Assembly: GCA_964644275.1 (NCBI GenBank)
Contig: CAZXVI010000006.1
Coordinates: forward strand, 8,423 to 72,422
Direction: 5' to 3'
Origin: an uncultured Ruminococcus sp.
GTDB lineage: Bacteria; Bacillota; Clostridia; Oscillospirales; Ruminococcaceae
Length of the DNA: 64,000 bases
In this document: in pieces, positions 54,311 to 63,577 of the stretch
How the letters are laid out: the number at the start of each line of letters is the position of its first letter
Numbering within the stretch: position 1 is the stretch's first letter
Notes under the pieces: generated by a model
What the model was told of the DNA's origin: nothing
Databases searched by the model: none
What the model saw: only the letters and a program-made list of their open reading frames with translations
Translations under genes and position numbers: made by a program

Positions 54311-54874
54311 TTACTGTCTGCACTCTTCTGCACGGACAATCGCGCTGAAATCGGCAATTGCATCATCCAGGACATCATTCACCACAACGTAGTCATACTG
54401 GGGCGCAAGCTTTAACTCACGCTCTGCCTGCTCCACTCGCTGGGCTATTATTTCCGCCGGTTCCGTACCGCGTTTTTCCAGGCGTTCCCGAAGCACGGAA
54501 AGACTGGGCGGTGCAATAAAGATAAATACTGCATCCGGACGGAGTTTCCGCACCTGCATAGCACCCTGTACTTCAATTTCCAGAATCACATGCTGCCCCT
54601 GGGACAGATGCTCTTCGATGGGTGCTTTGAGCGTGCCATAATAATTCTTGCAGTACAGCGCATGCTCCAAAAACGCATCCTGTTCAATCAAAGCCTCAAA
54701 CTGCTGCTTCTGCATAAAATGGTAGTGCACACCGTCTTTTTCATTGTCGCGGGGCTGACGGGTTGTGGCAGAAACAGAATAGAAGTACTTGGGATCCTTC
54801 AGAATTTCACCTAAAATTGTTCCCTTTCCACACCCGGAAGGAGCGGAAACAACAAACAGCTTTCCACGATTCAC
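54311..54874 (-). CDS. gmk: Guanylate kinase
   Basis: VSAPSGCGKGT is the P-loop; SVSATTRQPR and EIEVQGA are present. Confidence 0.95.
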   Translation of the reverse strand: MNRGKLFVVSAPSGCGKGTILGEILKDPKYFYSVSATTRQPRDNEKDGVHYHFMQKQQFEALIEQDAFLEHALYCKNYYGTLKAPIEEHLSQGQHVILEIEVQGAMQVRKLRPDAVFIFIAPPSLSVLRERLEKRGTEPAEIIAQRVEQAERELKLAPQYDYVVVNDVLDDAIADFSAIVRAEECRQ

Positions 54875-54889
54875 AGCCTACATTCCTCC

Positions 54890-55816
54890 TTATTCAATGT
54901 TCTGAATCTGCTCGCGGATCTTTTCAATCTCGGATTTCATTTCCACAACAATGGCAGTAATATGCACATCCTGTATTTTGGAACCGATGGTATTGACCTC
55001 ACGGTTCATTTCCTGCACTAAAAAGTCCAGCTTTCTGCCGATGCTGCCGTCCTCGGCGAGGAGCTTCTCCATCTGTGCAAGGTGGCTGCGCAGACGAACG
55101 GTTTCCTCATCCACAGCGGTCTTTTCAGAGAAAATTGCAGCTTCCGTAAGGATTCTCTGTTCGTCCACAGCAGTGCTTTCCAGAAGCTCTGTCAGCTTTG
55201 TATACAGACGCTCACGGTATTTTTCCGTCAGCCTCGGCGCTTCCGTTTCTACAACGGATACCTGCTCTGCAAGGAACTGCAGACGTGAGAGAACATCCGC
55301 ACGGAGCTTTTCTCCCTCCGCCTCGCGCATGGCAACAAAGGCATCCAGGGCTTTCTGTGCAACACCGAGTACTGCGGCTCTGACCTCATCCTCATCATCC
55401 TGAGCTTTTTCCACACGAAACACATCGGGAAGATGCAGCAGAGTACCCCAGCGGAATGCGTCCTCTGTAAAGTTGTCATCCCACAGCTTGTAGCGCTGCT
55501 CGTCGTCAGAGAGTGCGTGATTATACGCCTGCATGGCGTCCAGATAGCCTTTGATGATATCGGCATTGACACGGATGTCCGCTTTTTTTCCCTCGGTCAG
55601 CGTAATGGAAACACTGATTTCCACCTTGCCCCTTGCTGCCCTGGTTTTCAGCAGGGATTTAAGATCTTCTTCCAGGTAGGAATATGTTCTTCCGATGCGG
55701 ACACTCTGTTCCAGATAACGGGAATTGACAGAACGGATTTCCACAAGGATATCACGATTCTCAATCTGTTCCTGGGCACGGCCATAGCCTGTCATACTTC
55801 TCAACAATTCTGACAT
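54890..55816 (-). CDS. yicC: YicC/YloC family endoribonuclease
   Basis: SMTGYGRA at the N-terminus; the C-terminal DUF1732-type LVQEMNREVNTIGSK. Confidence 0.9.
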   Translation of the reverse strand: MSELLRSMTGYGRAQEQIENRDILVEIRSVNSRYLEQSVRIGRTYSYLEEDLKSLLKTRAARGKVEISVSITLTEGKKADIRVNADIIKGYLDAMQAYNHALSDDEQRYKLWDDNFTEDAFRWGTLLHLPDVFRVEKAQDDEDEVRAAVLGVAQKALDAFVAMREAEGEKLRADVLSRLQFLAEQVSVVETEAPRLTEKYRERLYTKLTELLESTAVDEQRILTEAAIFSEKTAVDEETVRLRSHLAQMEKLLAEDGSIGRKLDFLVQEMNREVNTIGSKIQDVHITAIVVEMKSEIEKIREQIQNIE

Positions 55817-55985
55817 CGCTCCTTCACTATTTTCATGCGGATCCGTATGATCCAGTTATTCAAGCTCCCTCTCGGCAGAAAGAGCGCATAGTTTATCCGA
55901 TTATAATAGTATATCACATTTCTTTTCAAAAATCAAGAGGAAAGCGAAGATTTTCTGATACATTGTTTTATTTGCTATAAATCAC

Positions 55986-56014
55986 TTGCATTTCCCACAG
56001 AAATATGGTATACT
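55986..56014 (+). promoter_or_regulatory. Strong sigmaA-type promoter of the 56093 orphan gene
   Basis: TTGCAT (55986-55991), a 17-nt spacer, then TATACT (56009-56014) with TGg extended -10. Confidence 0.65.
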
Positions 56015-56092
56015 GTAACTTGTATACTGGGGTGGCACCCATCACAAAAAACAGCGTATACGCACTCTTAATGACAAAGGGGAACGAAACCC

Positions 56093-56998
56093 ATGGAAAA
56101 AAACGTCATTGTCATGGACGAATATGGAAATATGATCGGACGCACTTATGCCAAGCGTGCAAAGGGCCTGATCAAGCACGGCCGGGCAGTGGATGCCGGC
56201 GAACATACCATTCGTCTGACCGGCAGCTGTCCGTCCAATACAACGGAGGACAAAACTATGAATGCTTTATATATTGAACCACGCAGCTTCCGGCCTGTGG
56301 AGGGTGCCGAGAATAACATTTTCACCCGTTCCTACATCACAAGCTTTCTTGACGGCAAATTGCAGGAAGCCCTGATGCTGGGGGACTGGCAGTGGAACTG
56401 GAGCGAAATCGCATCCGGGCCGCTGACGCTGCAACCGAATACAGAGTATGTGCTGGCCTTCTGGCTCAACGGTGGTGAAAATGATCAGTACAACGAAACC
56501 TGTGATTTCCGGATTCTGTTCACAAATGATGTCCAGCAAACGGTTGATCGTGACAGGGAACTGATTTATAAGCTCAACCGCAATTACATCAGACCTGTCA
56601 AAAAGGTGGACGGCTGGGAGCTGTATGAAATTCCCTTCCATACCGAGGACAAGCAGTACACCTACCTGAAATTCGTAGCAATGCGTGCGCCCATGGCAAT
56701 TCTGCCCGCAGGGGACGCAGCGGATTATATAGAACTGGAGGACAGCCTCCATCCGCTTGCGGAATGCGCCAAGCAGCGTCCGAACATGGTATTTGAGGAT
56801 GGGTATCCGAAGGAATTTCTGCAGAATTACGCCGGATCAACTGGAAAAAATTCAAATTCAAACGATTTACGCTCTGAAATGCTGGATATGATAGCTTCCC
56901 GTATGGAAGATCTTTCTCTTGACGTATGCACTCCGTTTACTGCGGATGCGCTCAAGGAAATCAAGGACATGATGAACATGCTCCTGCGTGAAGAATAA
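56093..56998 (+). CDS. Hypothetical protein (no family recognised)
   Basis: The 301-aa ORF has protein-like composition. The basic N-terminal segment is GRTYAKRAKGLIKHGRA. The central region (WQWNWSEIASGPLTLQPNTEYVLAFWLNGGEND) is reminiscent of beta-sandwich binding modules. It has its own promoter and terminator. Confidence 0.65.
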   Translation: MEKNVIVMDEYGNMIGRTYAKRAKGLIKHGRAVDAGEHTIRLTGSCPSNTTEDKTMNALYIEPRSFRPVEGAENNIFTRSYITSFLDGKLQEALMLGDWQWNWSEIASGPLTLQPNTEYVLAFWLNGGENDQYNETCDFRILFTNDVQQTVDRDRELIYKLNRNYIRPVKKVDGWELYEIPFHTEDKQYTYLKFVAMRAPMAILPAGDAADYIELEDSLHPLAECAKQRPNMVFEDGYPKEFLQNYAGSTGKNSNSNDLRSEMLDMIASRMEDLSLDVCTPFTADALKEIKDMMNMLLREE

Positions 56999-57003
56999 CG
57001 TAC

Positions 57004-57036
57004 AAAGGCCGTTTCCGGTTCCGGAGACGGCTTTTG
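57004..57036 (+). terminator. Rho-independent terminator after the orphan gene
   Basis: GCCGTTTCC-GGTTCC-GGAGACGGC (9 bp, one G-U pair) followed by TTTT. Confidence 0.7.
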
Positions 57037-57094
57037 CATAGACTGTGGAAAAATGGTTATCCTATCAGCAAATACGCTGAAAGGAGCAATGATC

Positions 57095-57307
57095 ATGAAA
57101 CAGAAGCCAATGGAACCGGATGAAAGACGCACTCCCCTCTTTCCGGTGGAGGAAATGACAGAACCCGAAGCACTGCAGATGCCCTCTACCTCTGACACGG
57201 ACATGACGGGGCTGATTCCCGCAGGACCGCAGAACCGGGAAGAGCTGGAAAGCTACGGTGAAATCTATCCGTATCTGCCTCCCTATATTGATATAGATCA
57301 GATGTAG
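57095..57307 (+). CDS. Small acidic hypothetical protein (70 aa)
   Basis: AAAGGAG lies 8 nt before ATG 57095. The product is MKQKPMEPDERRTPLFPVEEMTEPEALQMP..YGEIYPYLPPYIDIDQM. It is proline/acidic-rich and no family is recognised. Coding status is uncertain. Confidence 0.4.
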   Translation: MKQKPMEPDERRTPLFPVEEMTEPEALQMPSTSDTDMTGLIPAGPQNREELESYGEIYPYLPPYIDIDQM

Positions 57308-57341
57308 GTATGAAAAAACTGCAAAAAATTGCAAATTGCAC

Positions 57342-57370
57342 TTGACAAGCCTTCAGTTTTATGATAAAAT
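57342..57370 (+). promoter_or_regulatory. SigmaA-type promoter of the rplU-prp-rpmA operon
   Basis: TTGACA (57342-57347), a 17-nt spacer, then TAAAAT (57365-57370). Confidence 0.65.
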
Positions 57371-57376
57371 AGGATT

Positions 57377-57458
57377 GCCGCATGTGTTGGGCAAAGGATA
57401 AGTGCGTTCATTCGCCGCCTAAGACAGCGAGTTTTTAGAAAAGGCAGGTGCCAGATTA
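57377..57458 (+). promoter_or_regulatory. 5' UTR of rplU (L21-leader-like)
   Basis: The leader between the predicted TSS and the rplU ATG is about 80 nt with stem potential (TTGCC..GGGCAA). Firmicute rplU operons are known to carry an L21 leader. Not verified by a covariance model. Confidence 0.4.
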
Positions 57459-57770
57459 ATGTACGCAGTCATTGAAACAGGCGGAAAGCAGTATCAGGTA
57501 CACGAAGGCGACGTTGTTTTCATCGAGAAGCTGAATGTTGAAGCTGACGAGACAGTTACTTTTGACAAGGTTGTTGCTGTAAATTCTGAGAGCGGTCTGA
57601 GCGTAGGTGCTCCTTACGTTGAAGGTGCAACCGTTTCCGCAAAGGTTCTCAAGAACGGTAAGGGTAAGAAGATTACTGTCTTCACTTACAAGCCCAAGAA
57701 GGGTGAAAAGCGCAAGATGGGTCACAGACAGCCCTACACACAGGTTCAGATCGAATCTATCAAGGCATAA
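57459..57770 (+). CDS. rplU: 50S ribosomal protein L21
   Basis: [25 protein letters not shown].. is the canonical L21 N-terminus. Confidence 0.97.
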   Translation: MYAVIETGGKQYQVHEGDVVFIEKLNVEADETVTFDKVVAVNSESGLSVGAPYVEGATVSAKVLKNGKGKKITVFTYKPKKGEKRKMGHRQPYTQVQIESIKA

Positions 57771-57772
57771 CT

Positions 57773-58090
57773 ATGCTGAACGCTGTTTTTGAACGTAAAA
57801 ACGGCACGTACTGCGGATGCACCGTCAAGGGGCACGCAGGCTATGCAGAGCAAGGACAGGATGTTGTATGTGCAGCAGTTTCTTCTGCGGTGCAGCTTGC
57901 AGCGAATCTGATTACGGAAACATTCCGGATTCCGGCAAGGGTATCGGCAGAAAGCAACACAGTCAGGATCCGTTTGCAGGACAGCTGTGATGCTGCCGGG
58001 GCTTCTATTCTGGAAGCACTGTATGTCCATCTGCAATGTATTTCGGAAGAATTTCCGGACACGATTCATTTTGATTTTGCGGAGGTGTAA
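57773..58090 (+). CDS. prp: Ribosomal-processing cysteine protease Prp
   Basis: GHAGYAEQGQDVVCAAVSS carries the catalytic His/Cys region. It sits between rplU and rpmA. Confidence 0.9.
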   Translation: MLNAVFERKNGTYCGCTVKGHAGYAEQGQDVVCAAVSSAVQLAANLITETFRIPARVSAESNTVRIRLQDSCDAAGASILEALYVHLQCISEEFPDTIHFDFAEV

Positions 58091-58093
58091 ACA

Positions 58094-58372
58094 ATGCTTA
58101 GAATCAGTATGCAGTTTTTTGCACATAAGAAAGGTATGGGTTCCACCAAGAACGGCCGTGACTCTGAATCCAAGAGACTGGGCGTAAAGCGTGCTGACGG
58201 TCAGTTTGTAACTGCCGGCAACATCATCGTTCGTCAGCGTGGCACTCACATTCATCCGGGCGAGGGCGTAGGCAGAGGTTCTGATGATACTCTGTTCGCA
58301 ATGGTTGACGGAAGAGTAAAGTTTGAGCGCTGGGGTCGTGACCGCAAGCGTGTATGCGTTTACGCTGACTAA
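58094..58372 (+). CDS. rpmA: 50S ribosomal protein L27 with N-terminal pro-peptide
   Basis: [24 protein letters not shown] shows the Firmicute-type N-terminal extension that Prp cleaves. Confidence 0.97.
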   Translation: MLRISMQFFAHKKGMGSTKNGRDSESKRLGVKRADGQFVTAGNIIVRQRGTHIHPGEGVGRGSDDTLFAMVDGRVKFERWGRDRKRVCVYAD

Positions 58373-58419
58373 TGCTGCAGTTCTGCGCAATTAGTCCATC
58401 CCGTTGATTGACAGAACAT

Positions 58420-58457
58420 AAATCCCGGGCTTTGCCAAAAGCTTGGGATTTTGTTTT
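58420..58457 (+). terminator. Terminator or attenuator between rpmA and obg
   Basis: A long hairpin pairs AAATCCCGGGCTTT with AAAGCTTGGGATTT and is followed by TTGTTTT. Confidence 0.55.
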
Positions 58458-58474
58458 AGGGAAAGGAATTTATC

Positions 58475-59752
58475 ATGTTTGTCGATAAAGCCAGAATCAA
58501 AATAAAAGCTGGAGACGGCGGCGATGGTGCTGTCTCCTTCCACAGAGAAAAATATGTCGCTGCCGGCGGCCCTGACGGCGGTGACGGCGGCTGCGGCGGC
58601 AATATCGTATTCCAGGTGGATGACAATTTCTCCACCCTGATTGATTTCCGCTATAAGAGAAAATATATTGCGGAAAACGGCGAGAACGGCGGTAAAAAGC
58701 ACTGCACCGGCAAGAGCGCTCCCGACCTGATTATTAAAGTACCGCGGGGCACCTTGATCAGAGAAGCTGAGAGCGGAAGAATCATGGCGGATATGTCCGA
58801 TGATGAACCGAAAATCCTGGCAAGGGGCGGCAGAGGCGGCAAGGGCAATAGTAATTTTGCCACTTCAACCCGTCAGATTCCCCGTTTTGCCAAGCCCGGC
58901 TTCCCCGGTGAACAGTTCGATGTCACACTGGAATTGAAACTGCTGGCAGATGTAGGCTTGGTTGGCTTCCCCAATGTGGGCAAATCCACCCTGATTTCCG
59001 TTGTCAGTGCGGCAAAGCCTAAAATTGCCAACTACCATTTTACCACGCTGACGCCGGTGCTGGGCGTTGTGCGTCTGGACACAGAACGTTCTTTTGTTAT
59101 GGCAGATATTCCCGGACTGATTGAGGGTGCCAGCGAAGGCACCGGTCTGGGTCATGAGTTTCTGCGCCATGTGGAACGGTGCCGGCTGATTCTGCATGTA
59201 CTGGATGTTTCCGGTATCGAGGGACGGGACCCCATTGAGGATTTTGAGACGATCAATAAAGAGCTGGCAAATTTCAGCGAAGCGCTGGCAGATTGTCCCC
59301 AGATGGTGGTTGCCAACAAATCCGATATGGCAACACAGGAGCAGATCGCACGTCTGCGGGATTATGTCACAGAGCTGGGACTCCCCTTCTTCGCCATTTC
59401 TGCTGCTACTACCCAGGGCACCACTGCGTTGATGGATGCAGTGGGGCAGAAGCTGACGGAGCTGCCTCCCGTCAAGATTTATGAAGCGCAGCCCCTCTCC
59501 CGTGAGGAATGGGAAGCACGCTTCTCCTCCAAGCAGGAGTTTGAAGTGGAGGTGGAAGACGGCATCTATTATGTTTCCGCCCCCTGGCTGGAGCCCGTCC
59601 TCCGGACTGTCAATATGGAGGATTATTCTTCCCTGCAATACTTTCAGCGGGTGCTGCGCTCCAGCGGCATCATTGACAAGCTGGAAGAAATGGGCATTGA
59701 AGAGGGCAATACCGTCAATATATTCGGCTTTGAATTTGACTATATCAGGTAA
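58475..59752 (+). CDS. obg: GTPase Obg/CgtA
   Basis: MFVDKARIKIKAGDGGDGAVSFHREKY is the Obg fold; GFPNVGKST and DIPGLIEGAS are present, with a C-terminal OCT domain. Confidence 0.96.
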   Translation: MFVDKARIKIKAGDGGDGAVSFHREKYVAAGGPDGGDGGCGGNIVFQVDDNFSTLIDFRYKRKYIAENGENGGKKHCTGKSAPDLIIKVPRGTLIREAESGRIMADMSDDEPKILARGGRGGKGNSNFATSTRQIPRFAKPGFPGEQFDVTLELKLLADVGLVGFPNVGKSTLISVVSAAKPKIANYHFTTLTPVLGVVRLDTERSFVMADIPGLIEGASEGTGLGHEFLRHVERCRLILHVLDVSGIEGRDPIEDFETINKELANFSEALADCPQMVVANKSDMATQEQIARLRDYVTELGLPFFAISAATTQGTTALMDAVGQKLTELPPVKIYEAQPLSREEWEARFSSKQEFEVEVEDGIYYVSAPWLEPVLRTVNMEDYSSLQYFQRVLRSSGIIDKLEEMGIEEGNTVNIFGFEFDYIR

Positions 59753-60183
59753 TGACTATGGAATTGCAGTTAACAGAGAAGGAAGCCGGTCTGTACAGCC
59801 CGCTGACCCTTGCCTTTCTTGGAGACAGCGTTTATGAACTGATGGTGCGTTCTGCCATTGTGGGATGCGGCAACACATCCGTGAAGCTTCTGCATTCTGC
59901 AAAAATTCAGTTGGTATGCGCATTTTTCCAGGCAAGGGCCGCTGAGCGGCTGATGGACAGCTTCACAGAACAAGAACACCGGATTTTTCTCAGGGGAAGA
60001 AATGCTACGGGAAATACGGTCCCTCACAACGCATCCCCGGCAGATTACCGGAAGGCTACCGGTCTGGAAAGCGTATTCGGATATCTGCATTTAACAGGAA
60101 ATACCGGAAGGCTGGAGGAACTGTTTACAGCCATCTGGGATATGCAGGAGGAAATCCTGCAGTTAAGATCAAACAAGGAGTGA
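59752..60183 (+). CDS. mrnC: Mini-ribonuclease 3
   Basis: PLTLAFLGDSVYELMVR is the RNase III-like signature. The ATG overlaps the obg stop (TAATG). Confidence 0.88.
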   Translation: MTMELQLTEKEAGLYSPLTLAFLGDSVYELMVRSAIVGCGNTSVKLLHSAKIQLVCAFFQARAAERLMDSFTEQEHRIFLRGRNATGNTVPHNASPADYRKATGLESVFGYLHLTGNTGRLEELFTAIWDMQEEILQLRSNKE

Positions 60184-60189
60184 TACAGC

Positions 60190-60927
60190 ATGTCAGGACA
60201 TTCCAAATGGAATAACATCAAACGAAAGAAAGAAGCTACGGACGCTGTCAAAGCAAAAATTTTTACCAAAATCGGCCGTGAAATCGTTGTCTGCGTCAAG
60301 GAAGGCGGCCCCGATCCCAACAACAATGCCAAGCTCCGCGAGCTCATTGCCAAGGCAAAATCCAACAATGTTCCTAACGACAACATTGAACGTGTGATCA
60401 AGAAGGCATCCGGTGAGGGTTCCAAAAATAATTACGAATCCATGGTCTATGAGGGCTACGGTCCCAACGGGGTTGCTGTCATTGTTGAGTGCCTGACGGA
60501 TAATAAAAACCGTACAGCTGCAGATGTGCGTCACTATTTTGATAAGTTCGGCGGTAATCTGGGAACCATCGGCTGTGTTTCCTTCCTGTTCTCCACGAAG
60601 GGAATTGTAGTTGTGGAAAATACCGGCATTGATGAAGACACTGCCATGGAGGACTGCTTCGACTGCGGCGGCGATGATCTGACAGTGGAGGAAGACAGCA
60701 TTATTATGGAATGCGACCCTGCTGCAGTTTCTGCTATGCGTGAAGCGCTGGAAGCCAAGGGCTACACCGTTCTCTCTGCGGAAGCTGAAAAGGTGCCCTC
60801 TACTTATACACAGCTGACGGATGAGGATTCCATCAAAAAAATGCAGCTGCTCCTGGAACACCTGGAAGACAATGACGATGTTCAGAACGTTTATCATAAC
60901 TGGGAGATGCCAGAGGACGAAGACTGA
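60190..60927 (+). CDS. yebC: YebC/PmpR family DNA-binding transcriptional regulator
   Basis: MSGHSKWNNIKRKKEATDAVKAKIFTK is the canonical YebC N-terminus. Confidence 0.93.
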   Translation: MSGHSKWNNIKRKKEATDAVKAKIFTKIGREIVVCVKEGGPDPNNNAKLRELIAKAKSNNVPNDNIERVIKKASGEGSKNNYESMVYEGYGPNGVAVIVECLTDNKNRTAADVRHYFDKFGGNLGTIGCVSFLFSTKGIVVVENTGIDEDTAMEDCFDCGGDDLTVEEDSIIMECDPAAVSAMREALEAKGYTVLSAEAEKVPSTYTQLTDEDSIKKMQLLLEHLEDNDDVQNVYHNWEMPEDED

Positions 60928-60959
60928 CAGCATACACACAGAAACAAGAGGGTGACATC

Positions 60960-61202
60960 ATGAAAAGTACTGGAATTTTCCGGCGCATCGACTGCCTCGG
61001 CAGATTTGTTCTGCCAAAGGAACTGCGGAAAAGCTTCGACATCAATGAGAACGACTACCTGCAGATCTTTACGGAGGGCGATGCCATTATTCTGAGAAAA
61101 AGTCAGCTCAGCTGCATTCTTTGCGGCAGTCATGAGAATCTGGTGGATCATCATGACAAAAAAATCTGCCGGAAATGCATCGCAGAACTGACAGCAAAAT
61201 AG
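60960..61202 (+). CDS. abrB: AbrB/SpoVT-type transition-state regulator with a C-terminal CxxC..CxxC tail
   Basis: MKSTGIFRRIDCLGRFVLPKELRKSF is the swapped-hairpin barrel motif. The tail reads CILCGSHEN..ICRKC. Confidence 0.85.
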   Translation: MKSTGIFRRIDCLGRFVLPKELRKSFDINENDYLQIFTEGDAIILRKSQLSCILCGSHENLVDHHDKKICRKCIAELTAK

Positions 61203-61219
61203 CATGCAGGACGTTATAC

Positions 61220-61260
61220 CCCTGTCTCTTTTGGATTGTAAAGAGGCAGGGAGTTTCTTT
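61220..61260 (+). terminator. Rho-independent terminator after abrB
   Basis: A 12-bp stem pairs CCCTGTCTCTTT with AAAGAGGCAGGG (one G-U pair) around an 8-nt loop, with the tail AGTTTCTTT. Confidence 0.65.
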
Positions 61261-61305
61261 CCTGCACTGTGAAAAACAGAAATGATATCTTTTTTGAAAT
61301 ACCAC

Positions 61306-61334
61306 TTGTCTTTTGAGATAAAATTTGGTATAAT
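61306..61334 (+). promoter_or_regulatory. SigmaA-type promoter of the AAA+ gene
   Basis: TTGTCT (61306-61311), a 17-nt spacer, then TATAAT (61329-61334) with TGg extended -10. Confidence 0.55.
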
Positions 61335-61392
61335 AAAAGAAATACTGCAATCTCTGCCATGAGCAGGAAGAAACAAAGGAGCTGAAGCGGCA

Positions 61393-62865
61393 TTGAAGTC
61401 TTCAATGAATGACACACTGCAATACATTTATACGTTATGTGAGCAATATGAAGCACAGGGACTACAGGTCAAGGACAGCCATATGCCCCTGCGGGATTAT
61501 GCACAGTTTGCAATTATGAAATTCATGCTGTATATGGCGGACAGCGACAACACCATTATGGACTATGAAGTAGACATTATCAACCATTGCCTGAATTTTT
61601 CCCTGTCCAAGGAGTATGTGGAAAACTTTGTTGCAGAGCATCGGATCTCTGCTGACGGGATTTTCGATACCATTCTCAGTCTGCTGACAGTATTTATCAA
61701 TGCGGATATCCGGAATGAGGCAGCAAACGGCAGTACTTCCCTGCTGCTGCTGGAATTTCTGGACGAGCTGGGACTGGAATTCATTACCAACGACGGAAAA
61801 TGTGACAATCAGCAGACCAAAGCAATGGCAGCCCTTATGCTCCGGCTGAAAAATTACCGCAGTGCATATCTGCGCAGCTGGAAAAAACTCTGTCCGGACG
61901 GTAAGCTGCCTGTGACAGAGGCGCTGGCTGCTCCCGTTGCACCAAAGGAAAAGATGGATATTCCTGCCATTGTTCCCAGCCAGGCTGCTGCACAGCCTAC
62001 TGAAGCAGCACCTTCTGCCCAGCCGGAACCGGAAGAACCGGAGGAAACCCTGGAGGAACTGCTCCAGGACCTGAATGACCTGACCGGTCTGACAAAGGTG
62101 AAAGAGGATCTGAATAGCTTAATCAATCTGCTGAAAGTACATAAAATGCGTGCCCAGCGGGGGCTGCCCCAAACAGCAGTAACCCTACATATGGTATTTT
62201 CGGGGAACCCGGGTACCGGTAAAACCACCGTCGCCCGTCTGATGAGTAAAATCTACCGAAAACTTGGTATCCTGGAAAAAGGACATCTGGTAGAGGTGGA
62301 TCGTTCCGCTCTGGTCAGCGGCTATGTGGGACAAACTGCGATTAAAACCAAAAAGGTAATTGACAGTGCCATTGGCGGCGTGCTGTTCATTGATGAGGCC
62401 TATTCACTGACAGCTGCCTCCGGCTCCAATGATTTCGGCACAGAAGCTATCAATACGCTGCTCAAGGCAATGGAGGATCATCGGGATGACTTTGTGGTCA
62501 TTGTCGCAGGCTATCCGGATCTGATGCAGGATTTTCTGGATTCCAATCCCGGCCTGCGTTCCCGCTTCAACAAACAGATTCTTTTTGAGGACTACACAGC
62601 AGAAGAGCTGATGGAGATTTTCAGCGGCATCTGCGGTAAATCTTTCTATGAAGTAACGGATGAAGCGGCGGACTGCGTGCGGGAATTCTTCCGTCAGCGC
62701 TGCGAAAAGAAGCTGCCGGGCTTTGCCAACGGCCGTGATGTGCGTAATTTCTTTGAAAAAACACTGACAAATCAGGCAAACCGTCTCTCCGCCATGACGG
62801 ATGTAACGGATACGGATCTCGTTACCATCACTAAGGAAGACGTGGAAACGGTGGAACTCTTCTAA
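61393..62865 (+). CDS. SpoVK/CbxX-family AAA+ ATPase with a long helical (TerB-like?) N-terminal domain
   Basis: The AAA+ core is HMVFSGNPGTGKTTVARLMSKIYRKLGILEKGHLVEV..GGVLFIDEAYSL..AMEDHRDDFVVIVAGY. The N-terminal roughly 190 aa are helical, followed by a P/A/E-rich linker. The start is uncertain (TTG 61393 or ATG 61405). Confidence 0.85.
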   Translation: MKSSMNDTLQYIYTLCEQYEAQGLQVKDSHMPLRDYAQFAIMKFMLYMADSDNTIMDYEVDIINHCLNFSLSKEYVENFVAEHRISADGIFDTILSLLTVFINADIRNEAANGSTSLLLLEFLDELGLEFITNDGKCDNQQTKAMAALMLRLKNYRSAYLRSWKKLCPDGKLPVTEALAAPVAPKEKMDIPAIVPSQAAAQPTEAAPSAQPEPEEPEETLEELLQDLNDLTGLTKVKEDLNSLINLLKVHKMRAQRGLPQTAVTLHMVFSGNPGTGKTTVARLMSKIYRKLGILEKGHLVEVDRSALVSGYVGQTAIKTKKVIDSAIGGVLFIDEAYSLTAASGSNDFGTEAINTLLKAMEDHRDDFVVIVAGYPDLMQDFLDSNPGLRSRFNKQILFEDYTAEELMEIFSGICGKSFYEVTDEAADCVREFFRQRCEKKLPGFANGRDVRNFFEKTLTNQANRLSAMTDVTDTDLVTITKEDVETVELF

Positions 62866-62910
62866 TTCATAACAGCATGTCTGTTATATAAATTTTCTGG
62901 AGGTATACAC

Positions 62911-63381
62911 ATGATTGTAATTGAAATGGAAAACAGCAAGGAAATTGAAATTGAGCTGTATCCGGAAATCGCACCCATTTCCTGTGAAAACTTCGAAAAG
63001 CTGGTGAATGACTGCTTCTACGATGGTCTCACATTTCACAGAGTTATTTCCGGCTTCATGATTCAGGGCGGCTGTCCCAAGGGCAACGGAACCGGCGGTC
63101 CCGGCTGGCATATCAAGGGGGAATTTGCAGCCAATGGCGTTAAGAATGACCTCAAGCACACCAGAGGCGTTCTGTCCATGGCACGGGCGCAGGCACCTGA
63201 CTCCGCTGGTTCACAGTTCTTCATTATGCATGCGGATGCACCCCATCTGGACGGTCAGTATGCTGCGTTTGGCAAGGTTGTCTCCGGCATGGAGGTTGTG
63301 GATGAAATTGCAGGCGTTGCTACCAACTACGCAGATATGCCTGTAACGCCCCAGGTGATGAAGCGGGTTTATGTAAAATAA
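62911..63381 (+). CDS. ppiB: Cyclophilin-type peptidyl-prolyl cis-trans isomerase
   Basis: [36 protein letters not shown] are cyclophilin motifs. Confidence 0.93.
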   Translation: MIVIEMENSKEIEIELYPEIAPISCENFEKLVNDCFYDGLTFHRVISGFMIQGGCPKGNGTGGPGWHIKGEFAANGVKNDLKHTRGVLSMARAQAPDSAGSQFFIMHADAPHLDGQYAAFGKVVSGMEVVDEIAGVATNYADMPVTPQVMKRVYVK

Positions 63382-63479
63382 TGCCTTGTTTCCAATGCAG
63401 ATCAAGAAAAAGGGGGGAGTTTTCCTCCTTCACTCGCTCGTCTGCATACGCCGAAGGCACAACGAAACGATAATAACTT

Positions 63480-63525
63480 TGTCCATCCCTGCGCCAGTAG
63501 ATGCAGGGATGGACAGAACTTTTTG
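63480..63525 (+). terminator. Rho-independent terminator after ppiB
   Basis: A 13-bp perfect stem pairs TGTCCATCCCTGC with GCAGGGATGGACA, followed by GAACTTTTT. Confidence 0.75.
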
Positions 63526-63534
63526 ACGTTTACT

Positions 63535-63570
63535 ATAAAAATCCTCCCAGCCTATGAAGGCCGGGAGGAT
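63535..63570 (-). terminator. Rho-independent terminator of the convergent partial gene
   Basis: The minus strand reads ATCCTCCCGGCC-TTCATA-GGCTGGGAGGAT followed by TTTTT. Confidence 0.7.
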
Positions 63571-63577
63571 TCGTTCA

